Origin: an uncultured Actinomycetota bacterium
GTDB lineage: Bacteria; Actinomycetota; Actinomycetes; JAFAQI01
Direction of reading: 5' to 3'
DNA: 64,000 nt
Assembly: GCA_963770565.1 (NCBI GenBank)
Contig: CAVYQE010000011.1
Coordinates: 96,001 to 160,000, forward strand
The translations under genes were made by a program, and so were the position numbers. How positions within the stretch are numbered: the first letter of the stretch is position 1; each line of letters begins with the position of its first letter. This document shows positions 18,990 to 28,215 of this stretch, one piece after another. A model generated the notes under the pieces. The model was given only the letters and a program-made list of their open reading frames with translations. It searched no databases and had not been told where the DNA came from.

Positions 18990-19018
18990 TTGACACCGGA
19001 CCTGCCGAGCGTTAAACC
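18990..19018 (+). promoter_or_regulatory. Putative primary-sigma promoter of the SDR-to-oxygenase operon
   Basis: TTGACA-17 bp-TAAACC followed by an AT-rich tract. Confidence 0.45.
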
Positions 19019-19086
19019 GTCAACACGCAAAATAACAACTTTATAGCCGACTTAGTTGATCACTGGTCGAGGGGGAGTTGCCGACG

Positions 19087-19869
19087 ATGGGAAAACTTGA
19101 CGGCCGCGTCGCGATTATCACCGGCGCGGGCAGCGGGCAGGGGGCCGCTGCGGCCCGGTTGTTCGCGAGTGAGGGGGCCGCCGTTGTCGTCGCCGAGGTC
19201 AACGAGGAGACCGGCAAGCAGGTCGCGGACGAGGTGACCGGCGCGGGTGGTACCGCGGTCTTTTCGCCGTGTGACGTCTCCAGTGCCGAGCAGGTCAAGG
19301 CGACCGTCGACCTCGCGGTCGGCGAGTACGGCCGGCTCGACGTGCTCTATAGCAACGCCGGGCTGTGGTTCTCCGCGCAGGGCAACTACCGGCCGGGGAT
19401 CACCGACGCCCCCTCTCCGCTGCTCGAGGAGAACATCTGGAACCGCACGATCGATGTCAACCTCAAGGGCACCTACCTCGGCGCGAAGTACGCGATCCCG
19501 GAGATGAAGAAGGTCGGTGCCGGCTCGATCATCAACGTTTCGAGCATCGCCGCGCTGCGGGTCGGCTCCGGCGCCTCGGATGCCTACACCGCCGCCAAGG
19601 GCGGGATTGCGACCATGACCAGGACCCTGGCGATCGAGCACGCGGAGTTCCAGATCCGGTGCAACTGCATCTTCCCCGGCGCGATCAAGACGCCGCTGGC
19701 CGGGCCGTTCACCCCCGAATACGAAGCGGCGGTCAAGAGCCACGTCCCGCTTGGCCGCTGGGGTCAACCCGAGGACGTCGCGAAGATGGCGCTGTTCCTC
19801 GCCTGCGACGACTCGTCGTGGGTGACCGGCCAGTTCTTCGTGGTCGACGGCGGCTACACCGCGAAATGA
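19087..19869 (+). CDS. Short-chain dehydrogenase/reductase
   Basis: TGAGSGQG, NAG, YTAAK, VVDGG; GGGGGAG RBS. Confidence 0.92.
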   Translation: MGKLDGRVAIITGAGSGQGAAAARLFASEGAAVVVAEVNEETGKQVADEVTGAGGTAVFSPCDVSSAEQVKATVDLAVGEYGRLDVLYSNAGLWFSAQGNYRPGITDAPSPLLEENIWNRTIDVNLKGTYLGAKYAIPEMKKVGAGSIINVSSIAALRVGSGASDAYTAAKGGIATMTRTLAIEHAEFQIRCNCIFPGAIKTPLAGPFTPEYEAAVKSHVPLGRWGQPEDVAKMALFLACDDSSWVTGQFFVVDGGYTAK

Positions 19870-21341
19870 GCGCGGTGGTGACCGATCTCGACGGCGGGCG
19901 GGCCACCGCGCTCCGCATCGGCGGCGAGGATGTCGGGCCACTGAGCGGGCGAACGTACGTCGTTGACAACCCCGCGACCGGCGGTGTGGTCGCCGAGGTG
20001 GCCGATGCCGGCGCGGCCGATGTCGACCGCGCGGTCGGGGTGGCGCGGCGCAGCTTCGTCGAGGGCGGCTGGCGGCGGCTGCCGGCCCCGCGCCGCGGCG
20101 AGATCCTTCGTGTCGTCGCGGGTCTGCTCGAGGCCCGCGAGTCCGAGCTCGCCCGGATGGAGTCGCTGTGCTCGGGCAAGGCGATCGCCGACTGTCGTGC
20201 CGAAGTGCTTGCGGCGGCTCGATACTTCCGCTTCTACGGCTCGGCGGTCGACCATCTCACCGGGCAGACCATCCCGGTCAACAACACCGGTCTCGAGATA
20301 ACCCTGCGGGAACCGATCGGGGTCTGCGCGCTGATCGTCCCGTGGAACGGGCCGATTGCGGTCGCGGCGAAGAAGGCCGCGCCGGCACTCGCGGCCGGCA
20401 ACTCCGTGGTGCTCAAGCCGGCCCCGCCGACGCCGCTGACCGCGTTGGAGCTGGAGAAGCTCTGCCTGCAGGCCGGCGTGCCGGCCGGGGTGTTGAACGT
20501 GCTGACCGGATCGTCGCGGGAGCTCGGTCAGGCGCTCGTGTCGCATCCGGACGTCGCGAAGATCAGCTTCACCGGCAGCACGGCGACCGGGGTCGACATC
20601 CTCACCCGGGCCGCTGCGGGCATCAAGAGCGTGAGCCTGGAGCTCGGCGGCAAGTCGCCCAATGTCGTGTTCGCCGACGCGGACGTCGCAGAGGTTGCTG
20701 CCTCCGCGATCGGCGCGGTGTTCGCCAACTCCGGGCAGGACTGCTGCGCGCGCAGCCGGATGATCGTGCAGCGCCCGGTGTTCGACGAGTTCGTCGAACG
20801 GCTCGCGGAGCTCGCGAGCTCGGTCCGGCCGGGCGATCCGCTCGACCCGGCGACCCGGATCGGCAGCCTGATCTCTGCGGCTCAGCGCGACCGGGTGCTC
20901 GGCTTCCTGAGCCGGGCGAAGACGGACGGCGCCCAGGTGCTCTGTGGCGGGGAGGTCGTCGATGCGCCGGGACTGGAGGCGGGCAACGCGGTGTCGCCGG
21001 CGGTCGTGATCGACGCCGCTCCCGACGGCGAGCTGGCCACGGAAGAGGTCTTCGGCCCGGTCGCGACCGTGTTGCCCTTCGACGACGAAGCGGAGGCGAT
21101 CGCGCTTGCCAACGGGACGAAGTACGGGTTGAGCGGGTCGCTGTGGACGCGGGACCTCGGGCGGGCGATCCGGGTGGCCCGCGAGATCCGCTCCGGACTG
21201 CTGAGCATCAACTCCGATTCGAGCTCCTACATCCAGGCCCCGTTCGGCGGATACCAGCAGAGCGGGCTCGGCAAGGAGCAGGGCATGGCCGGGCTGCACG
21301 AGTTCACCGAGGTGAAGAGCGTCTATGTCAGCGACCACTAG
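19866..21341 (+). CDS. NAD-dependent aldehyde dehydrogenase (PuuC/BetB-like)
   Basis: PWN, FTGST, LELGGKSP, NSGQDC, EEVFGP, PFGG. Confidence 0.92.
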   Translation: MSAVVTDLDGGRATALRIGGEDVGPLSGRTYVVDNPATGGVVAEVADAGAADVDRAVGVARRSFVEGGWRRLPAPRRGEILRVVAGLLEARESELARMESLCSGKAIADCRAEVLAAARYFRFYGSAVDHLTGQTIPVNNTGLEITLREPIGVCALIVPWNGPIAVAAKKAAPALAAGNSVVLKPAPPTPLTALELEKLCLQAGVPAGVLNVLTGSSRELGQALVSHPDVAKISFTGSTATGVDILTRAAAGIKSVSLELGGKSPNVVFADADVAEVAASAIGAVFANSGQDCCARSRMIVQRPVFDEFVERLAELASSVRPGDPLDPATRIGSLISAAQRDRVLGFLSRAKTDGAQVLCGGEVVDAPGLEAGNAVSPAVVIDAAPDGELATEEVFGPVATVLPFDDEAEAIALANGTKYGLSGSLWTRDLGRAIRVAREIRSGLLSINSDSSSYIQAPFGGYQQSGLGKEQGMAGLHEFTEVKSVYVSDH

Positions 21342-21376
21342 CCCGGCTCACCGGGCACACCGGGAGGGGGTCCACC

Positions 21377-22051
21377 GTGTGTGAGATTCTCACCGTCTCC
21401 TGGCCGGACCCGCGTTCCTTCACCGAGCTGGCCGGATGGGCGCGGCTGATCGAGCACTATGGCCAGGGCCACTTCGGCTGGGGCGTCGCCTGGCTAGAAG
21501 ACGGCGCGGTGCACCACTACCGCGATCCGGGCCGGATGACCGCCGACCCGGACGGGTTGGACTACCTCGCGACCGTCTCCTCGACCCGGTTCCTGCTGCA
21601 TTTCCGTCGCCCGAGCAAGCTCTCGACGATCGGCTTGCCCGACACCCAGCCGTTCCTCGACGACGACCGCACCTTGGCATTCGTGCACAACGGCGGCTTC
21701 GCGCTCGAGCGGGAGCACCGCCCCGAGTACGCCGACCGGCTGGCCGGCAAGGCGGACAGCGAGCTCGGCTGGGTGATGTTGCAGGACCTGCTCGAGACCG
21801 GCGTCTCGCTGCCGGACGGGCTGGCGATGATTCACGCCAAGCTCGGCGGCAGCGCCAACCTTGTCACCTTAGACAGTGAGGGCACCTTCGTCGCCTATTG
21901 CGGTTATCCGGGCAACCGGTTCTGGCGCTTCCGCCTCGACGGCGCGGAGATGGCGGCCACCCAACTGCACTCGGCCGACGACTCGTTGTTCGACCTGGTC
22001 TTTACCGGTGCCACCGATCGATCGACGTTCGAAGGAGCGCTGGTGCTGTGA
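21377..22051 (+). CDS. Class II (Ntn) glutamine amidotransferase / gamma-glutamyl amidohydrolase (EgtC/YafJ-like)
   Basis: Starts M-C-E (Cys2 nucleophile), GWGVAW, HFRR, TQPF, FVHNG, DSE. Confidence 0.8.
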   Translation: MCEILTVSWPDPRSFTELAGWARLIEHYGQGHFGWGVAWLEDGAVHHYRDPGRMTADPDGLDYLATVSSTRFLLHFRRPSKLSTIGLPDTQPFLDDDRTLAFVHNGGFALEREHRPEYADRLAGKADSELGWVMLQDLLETGVSLPDGLAMIHAKLGGSANLVTLDSEGTFVAYCGYPGNRFWRFRLDGAEMAATQLHSADDSLFDLVFTGATDRSTFEGALVL

Positions 22052-22857
22052 GCGCTGCCGGGGCGCCGCTGGGCGAGGTGTCGCCCGTCGACGTCCGGTC
22101 GACCGCGGCCACGGTCGGCCACGTCGGCCCGCGCGGTACCCCGCCGTTGCGCCAGCGCCTCGGCGAGCAGGTCGCCGGCCTGTTGCTGACCGCGATCCGG
22201 CTGTACGAGTTCCTGCCCGACGAGCGGCTTCCTTCCGAGGCCGAGCTGTGCAGCCAGCTCGGGGTCAACCGGATGGCGATCCGGGAGGGATTGCGCTGGC
22301 TCGAGGACCAGCAGTACATCCAGATGAGACGCGGCCGCTACGGCGGTGCCTACGTGATCGCCACCGGCCTCGACGTCGCGGTGGAGCGGATCCGGGGCAA
22401 GGCGGCCAACCTCGCCGAGCTGCTCGAATACCGCCGGGCGATCGAGCCGGTTGCCTCCGGGCTGGCAGCGACCCGGATCGGCGAGCGCGAGCTGGGTCGG
22501 CTCGAGCGGCTGCACGCGCAGGAGACCCAGGAACCGCCGATCGACCGGAGCCGGATGCGCGCGGTCGACGTCGCGTTCCACAAGATCATCGTCTCGGCGA
22601 CCCGCAACGAATATCTGATCGCCGCGGTCAAGGACATCCGGATCTGGATCGCGCCCGGCCTCGACCTGCTCGACCGGTCGCCGGAACGCGGCCGCAAGTC
22701 GATCGAGTGTCACGGCCGGTTGATCCAGTGCCTGCGCGACCACGACAGTGCCGGCGCTCAGGCGGTCATGTCGGAGCACATCGCCGTGACCGAGCAGGCG
22801 GTCCTCGACGCTCTGGTTGCCCAGGGCCTCACCGAGGAGCACGCCAATGAGCGTTGA
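22048..22857 (+). CDS. GntR/FadR-family regulator (wHTH plus FCD)
   Basis: LPSEAELCSQLGVNRMAIREGL, RRGRYGG, FH..I, EH. Confidence 0.9.
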   Translation: MSAAGAPLGEVSPVDVRSTAATVGHVGPRGTPPLRQRLGEQVAGLLLTAIRLYEFLPDERLPSEAELCSQLGVNRMAIREGLRWLEDQQYIQMRRGRYGGAYVIATGLDVAVERIRGKAANLAELLEYRRAIEPVASGLAATRIGERELGRLERLHAQETQEPPIDRSRMRAVDVAFHKIIVSATRNEYLIAAVKDIRIWIAPGLDLLDRSPERGRKSIECHGRLIQCLRDHDSAGAQAVMSEHIAVTEQAVLDALVAQGLTEEHANER

Positions 22858-24223
22858 GAGCCTGCCACGTCGGATGGCCGCCGAGTCCGCGAGTGCCGCT
22901 CCCGCGATCATGGCGCGGATCGCGGCCGCGGGCATCTCCAACGTCCGGCTCGTGATCACCGACATGTACGGCGTACCGCGCGGGAAGGTCCTCAGCATCG
23001 AGCGCTTCGAGCGCGCACTGCACGAGGGGCATCCGTGGGCGATCCCGTTGCTGGCCTGCAACCTGTGGGAGCAGCACTCGCCGGGTGAGCGGACCTTCAG
23101 CGACGACATCGGCTATCGCAACGGGGTGTTGTACTGCGATCCGCGGACGTTCACGGAGCTGCCCTGGACGCCCGGCACTGCGCACGTGCTGACCGACCTC
23201 TTCGACGCGGACGACGAGGTCATGCCGACGCCGCGATCGGTGCTTCGCCGCGTCATCGACGACGCGCGGGCCAGCGGCGTCGAGCCGGTGTTCGGCAGCG
23301 AGCTGGAGTTCTACGTCTTCGAACCCGGCACGGCGGGTGAGTTCGTCCCGATCCTCGGGCCGCAGTCATGGTTCTCGATCCACGCCGTCGGCGTTGCGCA
23401 GGAGTTCGTCGACACCCTCGAGCGAACGCTGACCGCGATGGGGCTCGAGGTGTACGAAATCTTCGCCGAGCACGGCGCCGGGCAGTTCGAAATCAACTTC
23501 GAGCCGGGCACCGACGTCCTCGCGATCGACCGCGTCGTCGCGGCCAAGATCGCGATCAAGGAGGTCGCGCGGTCACTCGGCTTGCGGGCGACGTTCATGG
23601 CCAAGCCGACCAACCGGGTCGACACCCCGCCGAGCGGCTATCACCTTCATCAGACCGGGCTCGGCCCGGCCGGCGAGAACCTGTTCCGGGACGACGATGC
23701 GCCGGACGGCCTTTCGGTGATGGCGCACCACTACATCGCCGGCCACCTCCTGCACGCGCCGGCGATGACCGGCGCGGTCGCGGGCACTGTCACGTCGTAC
23801 AAGCGCTACCAGATCGGCACCTGGGCGCCGGTGCAGATCGCCTGGGGCTGGGAGAACCGGACCGCACTCGTGCGCGGCCTCCCGGCCGGTGCGAACACCC
23901 GGATCGAGAACCGGCTCGGTGGCTCGGACACCAACCCCTACACGCTGGCCGCGGTCATGGTCGCCGCCGGCATGGACGGCGTGCGAAAGGGCCTGGACCC
24001 CGGGCCACCGGCACAGGCCAACTTGTTCAAAGAGATCACTTTCCCGCGCCTGCCGGCCAACCCGATCGAAGGTCTCGACGCCTTCCTGGCCGATCACGAC
24101 CTCGTGCAGGCGCTGGGCGAGACCTTTGCCACCACCTACGCCGAACTCCTCCGCTTCGACTGGCAGCGCTACCTCAGCCACGTCAGCGACTGGGAGATCG
24201 ACGAATACCGAGAAATGCTCTGA
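22847..24223 (+). CDS. Glutamine-synthetase-like gamma-glutamyl ligase (PuuA/GlnA3-like)
   Basis: GVPRGK, ELEFY, EHGAGQFE, FMAKP, SGYHLHQ, ENRT, IENR. Confidence 0.88.
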   Translation: MSVESLPRRMAAESASAAPAIMARIAAAGISNVRLVITDMYGVPRGKVLSIERFERALHEGHPWAIPLLACNLWEQHSPGERTFSDDIGYRNGVLYCDPRTFTELPWTPGTAHVLTDLFDADDEVMPTPRSVLRRVIDDARASGVEPVFGSELEFYVFEPGTAGEFVPILGPQSWFSIHAVGVAQEFVDTLERTLTAMGLEVYEIFAEHGAGQFEINFEPGTDVLAIDRVVAAKIAIKEVARSLGLRATFMAKPTNRVDTPPSGYHLHQTGLGPAGENLFRDDDAPDGLSVMAHHYIAGHLLHAPAMTGAVAGTVTSYKRYQIGTWAPVQIAWGWENRTALVRGLPAGANTRIENRLGGSDTNPYTLAAVMVAAGMDGVRKGLDPGPPAQANLFKEITFPRLPANPIEGLDAFLADHDLVQALGETFATTYAELLRFDWQRYLSHVSDWEIDEYREML

Positions 24224-24234
24224 GGGGAACCGCG

Positions 24235-25428
24235 ATGTCCGACGTTGCAGCCGCGCGCGAGGTGGCGCAGGGTGGCGCGCGCGCTCGGGCCGAAGCGGTC
24301 GAGGCTCCGATCAGGGTGGCGCACGCCGAGGTGTTCATGCTCCGGCTGCCGTTGATCCGCGCCTTTCGCACCGCGTACGGCCCGTCGTCGACGGTCAAGC
24401 GGACGATCGTCGTCCGGCTCGAGGATCGCGACGGAGTGGTCGGCTGGGGCGAGGCACCGATCTCGGAACGCCCGTTGTACGGCATCGACACCCCCGAAGG
24501 CACCTGGTCCGCTCTGGCAGACCTGCTGGTGCCGATGATCGTGAACGAGACCTTCGACCGACCCGCTGAAGCGGTCGGGACGTGGTCGGCGATTCTCGGC
24601 CAGCACTACGCCAAGGTCGCCCTCGAATCGGCGATCTGGGCGATCGCGTCGGCCCGGCTGGAGACGCCGCTGGCCGCGCTGTGGGGTGGAGTCCGGGCCG
24701 AGGTCCCGGTCGGCGAGAGCTATGCGATCTACGACAGCATCGAGATCCTGCTGAGCGAGGTCGCGGCTCGCACCGCAGAGGGCTTCGCGCGGGTCAAGCT
24801 GAAGATTGCACCGGGCTGGGACGTTGCTGCGGTCCGCGCGGTGCAGCAGGAATTCCCGGATCTGCCGGTGTCGGTCGACGCGAACTGCGGCTACGACCGG
24901 GTCGAGGGCCCTTGGCAGGAGTTGGACGAGCTCGGGCTGATCATGATCGAGCAACCGCTCGCCGGCGACGCCCTGCTCGAGATGGCGCGGCTGCAAAGCT
25001 CACTTCGCACGCCGTTGTGCCTGGACGAGAGTGCATCGACCTTCAACACCACCCGCACCGCGTTGCAGCTGGGCGCGGGCCGAATCGTCAACATCAAGCC
25101 GCCCCGCCTCGGCGGCCTGTTGTCGAGCATGTCGGTGCACGACCTCTGCGTCGCGCAAGAGGTACCGGTGTGGTGCGGCGGGATGCTCGAGACCGGAATC
25201 GGACGTGCCTTCAATCTCGCGATCGCCGCACTGCCCGGATTCACGATGCACGCCGACATGTCTCCGGCCCGGATGTTCTACGAGCGTGACCTGGTCGAGC
25301 CGACCTTCGACGTCACCCCGAACGGGCACATCCCGGTGCCGACCCGAGCCGGCAACGGGTTTCCGGTCATCGAGGCTCGGGTTCACGACTGCGCGATACG
25401 GAGGTGGGCCTATGACCGGGGCACCTGA
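24235..25428 (+). CDS. menC: OSBS / N-acylamino acid racemase (enolase superfamily, NSAR-OSBS type)
   Basis: FRTAYG, KLKI, DAN, IEQP, LDES, NIK, WCGGMLE; not in a men operon. Confidence 0.75.
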   Translation: MSDVAAAREVAQGGARARAEAVEAPIRVAHAEVFMLRLPLIRAFRTAYGPSSTVKRTIVVRLEDRDGVVGWGEAPISERPLYGIDTPEGTWSALADLLVPMIVNETFDRPAEAVGTWSAILGQHYAKVALESAIWAIASARLETPLAALWGGVRAEVPVGESYAIYDSIEILLSEVAARTAEGFARVKLKIAPGWDVAAVRAVQQEFPDLPVSVDANCGYDRVEGPWQELDELGLIMIEQPLAGDALLEMARLQSSLRTPLCLDESASTFNTTRTALQLGAGRIVNIKPPRLGGLLSSMSVHDLCVAQEVPVWCGGMLETGIGRAFNLAIAALPGFTMHADMSPARMFYERDLVEPTFDVTPNGHIPVPTRAGNGFPVIEARVHDCAIRRWAYDRGT

Positions 25429-25537
25429 CGTGCCAACGGCGTAGCCGCAGCGGGAGAAGACCGGGGGATCGGGTGCCCGGTGGCAGAAGGCAATGCGGAT
25501 CCAGTCGAAAGATCGTCAGTCGGGTGAAGGGGAATCC

Positions 25538-27043
25538 ATGACCACCAGTGAAGCGGAAGGCAGAGCCGACCAGGACCTGCTGACCAAGTTCGGATACAAG
25601 CAGGAGCTCAGGCGCACGCTTGGGTTGTTCTCGATCTTTGCCATCTCGTTCTCTGTCATTTCGGTGACCACCGGCATCTTCACCAACTTCAGCTTCGCGA
25701 TCGGTGAGTTCGGAACGGCATCGATCTGGCTGTGGCCGGTTGCCGCAACGTTCGCAATGATCCTTGCGTTCGTGCTCGCCGAACTTGGATCGCGGATCCC
25801 GCTCGCGGGCTACTCCTACCAGTGGGGCGGCCGCCTGGTCGGACCAGGCTTCGGGTGGTTCGTCGGCTTCAACCTGCTCTGTGCCTTCACGCTTGCCAGC
25901 GGCGGCGAGACTCTGTTGCTGCTGTCGCCGACGATCGGCAACGTTCTGAGCCTCAACGACAACAACCAGAACCTGATGATCTTCGTGTCGGTCATCGTGC
26001 TGCTGCTGGCCGGGCTCATCAACGTGGTCGGTGTCCGGCTCACCGCCAAGATCAACAACTGGTCGTTCGCGACCGAGATCCTCGGCACCTTGGTGCTCGG
26101 GATCATCGTGATGACCGCGTTCCTGATCAAGACGCCGCACATCCACGGCGCCGGATTCATCTTCCACCACGGCCCGCTGCACGGACAGGCTGCGTGGTAC
26201 GCCGCGTCGCTCGCGCTGCTGATGGGTGCCTTCACGATCGGTGGGTTTGAGTCCTGCGCCGACCTCGGTGAGGAAGCGATCGGTGCGCAGCGAACGGTCG
26301 CGCGCGGCATGCTCGGCGCGGTGGCGATCTCCGGCGTCGTCGGAATGGTCACGCTGGTCCTGCTCGCCTACGGCATCCCGAACGTCGCGAACACCGCGGC
26401 AAGCGGTACTCCGATCGCCTTCATTGCGAACTACTGGTTCGGTTCGGCGTTCACCCGGATCTTCCTGGTGACGGTGGCCTACTCGGTGTTCGCGCTGATG
26501 GTCGTCCAGATCGCGGCGATCGGCCGGCTGATCTACTCGCTGTCGCGGGACAACATGTTCCCGGGCTCGTCGTACTTCAGCAAGGTCAACCACGACACCA
26601 GGACACCGGTCAACGCGCTGACCCTGACGACCGTGCTGTACATCGCGGTCATGGTCTACGCGGCGAAGGCCGGCGATGCATACTTCTCGCTGATCGGTGC
26701 GACCCCGATCTTCGCCAGCATCGTCTACATCCTGATCGTGGGGGCATACGCCTGGCGCCGCGACCACATCGAGAAGTCGCCGTCGTTCGACCTCGGCAAG
26801 TGGGCGAAGCCGCTGATCGTCATCTCCATCCTCTGGGAGCTGGCGCTGATCATCGACTTCACGCTGCCGGAGATCTACCACAAGGCCGCGAAGATCGCGA
26901 TCGTCGGCCAGCTCGTCGCAGTGTTCTGGTACTACGTCCCGGGCGGTCTGCGGACCCGGCTGAAGGCCGGCACCGCGGGTCAGGCGCTTGCGCAAGGCCA
27001 GATGGCCGGCACCGAGGAGCTCGCGACCGCGGGAGGGAGCTGA
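25538..27043 (+). CDS. APC-superfamily amino acid/amine permease
   Basis: FGYKQELRRTL, FAISFS, AELGSRIPLAG, GFES, about 12 TM. Confidence 0.9.
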   Translation: MTTSEAEGRADQDLLTKFGYKQELRRTLGLFSIFAISFSVISVTTGIFTNFSFAIGEFGTASIWLWPVAATFAMILAFVLAELGSRIPLAGYSYQWGGRLVGPGFGWFVGFNLLCAFTLASGGETLLLLSPTIGNVLSLNDNNQNLMIFVSVIVLLLAGLINVVGVRLTAKINNWSFATEILGTLVLGIIVMTAFLIKTPHIHGAGFIFHHGPLHGQAAWYAASLALLMGAFTIGGFESCADLGEEAIGAQRTVARGMLGAVAISGVVGMVTLVLLAYGIPNVANTAASGTPIAFIANYWFGSAFTRIFLVTVAYSVFALMVVQIAAIGRLIYSLSRDNMFPGSSYFSKVNHDTRTPVNALTLTTVLYIAVMVYAAKAGDAYFSLIGATPIFASIVYILIVGAYAWRRDHIEKSPSFDLGKWAKPLIVISILWELALIIDFTLPEIYHKAAKIAIVGQLVAVFWYYVPGGLRTRLKAGTAGQALAQGQMAGTEELATAGGS

Positions 27044-28215
27044 TGGTTCTGGCCGGCGATGTGCTCAGCCGGTTGCGCCGGGACGAGTTCCCAGTAACGC
27101 AGCACAAGGCCTGGTTCAACACCGCGACGTACGGACCCTTGCCGGTCTCGAACGTCAACGCGCAGACCAGGCTGCTGCAGGAGATGTCGCACGGGGAGGG
27201 GCCGGCCGGCCTCGGGCACTGGTGGGAGGGGGCAGCCAGTGTCCGGGGCAAGGTCGGTGCCTTCATCGGGTGCTCGCCGGACGACGTGGCCCTGCTCCAC
27301 AGCACCGGAGAGGGGCTGGGCCTCGTCGCCCTGGGCATGGACTGGCGCTCGGGCGACGAGGTCGTGGTCTACGACAACGAGTTCCCGAGCGGCGTCTATC
27401 CGTTCATGGCGCTGGAGAAGAAGCACGGCGTAAAGGTGCGGTTCATCGAGGACCGCGGCCGGCACCGGTTCGACCTCGACGACGTCGCGGCGGTCATGAC
27501 CGATCGAACCCGGGTGGTGTGCATCAGCCTGGTCAACTGCTACCACGGCTTCCGCGCACCGGTCGAGGAGATGGCCGCACTGTGTCGCGAGCGCGGCGTC
27601 TGGTTGCTGTGCGACGCGGTGCAAGCGACCGGCGCCCTCACCGTCGACGTCGGCACGCTCGGCGCGGACCTGGTGTCGGCGCACGGCTACAAGAGCCTGT
27701 GCTCCGGCTACGGGATCAGCCTGTGTTACGTGTCGCCGGCGTTGCGGGCCGAGCTGGAAGTAGTGTCGCCGGGCTGGAAGAACATCGAGAACGCGCCGAT
27801 CCTCGCCCAGCAGCTCGACTACAACCTCGAGTACGCCGCGACCGCGCGGCGTTACGAGTCGAGCGTCCAGAACCTGGCCGGGATGTACGGGCTGGGGGCG
27901 AGCATCGACCTGTTCATGACGTCCGGGATCGACCTCATCAACGACTGGGTGCTCGGGATCAGCCGCACGATCGTCGAGGACCTGGAGGAGATCGGCTACC
28001 ACACGGCGAGCTCGACCCGGGCTGGGGAGATGTCGGGGATCGTGTCGTTCGAGGTCCCTGGCGGCGATGCCCAGGCGGTCTGCACCACGCTCGCCGAGCG
28101 TGGTGTGATGTGTGCGGTCCGCGACGGGAGGCTCCGGGTGTCGTCGCACGGGTTCAACGATCGGGGAGACATCGACCGGCTGGTCGAGGCGCTGCCCAGG
28201 ACGGGGGCGGTGTGA
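27043..28215 (+). CDS. Aminotransferase class V PLP enzyme (C-S lyase/epimerase-like)
   Basis: FNTATYGP, STGEG, EFPS, DAVQ, HGYK, RVSSH. Confidence 0.85.
   Translation: MVLAGDVLSRLRRDEFPVTQHKAWFNTATYGPLPVSNVNAQTRLLQEMSHGEGPAGLGHWWEGAASVRGKVGAFIGCSPDDVALLHSTGEGLGLVALGMDWRSGDEVVVYDNEFPSGVYPFMALEKKHGVKVRFIEDRGRHRFDLDDVAAVMTDRTRVVCISLVNCYHGFRAPVEEMAALCRERGVWLLCDAVQATGALTVDVGTLGADLVSAHGYKSLCSGYGISLCYVSPALRAELEVVSPGWKNIENAPILAQQLDYNLEYAATARRYESSVQNLAGMYGLGASIDLFMTSGIDLINDWVLGISRTIVEDLEEIGYHTASSTRAGEMSGIVSFEVPGGDAQAVCTTLAERGVMCAVRDGRLRVSSHGFNDRGDIDRLVEALPRTGAV

Noticed and set aside
21377-28215. Ergothioneine operon (EgtC-like, EgtE-like and a glutamyl ligase)
   Set aside because: No EgtB sulfoxide synthase or EgtD methyltransferase is present, and the ligase is GS-like rather than a glutamate-cysteine ligase.
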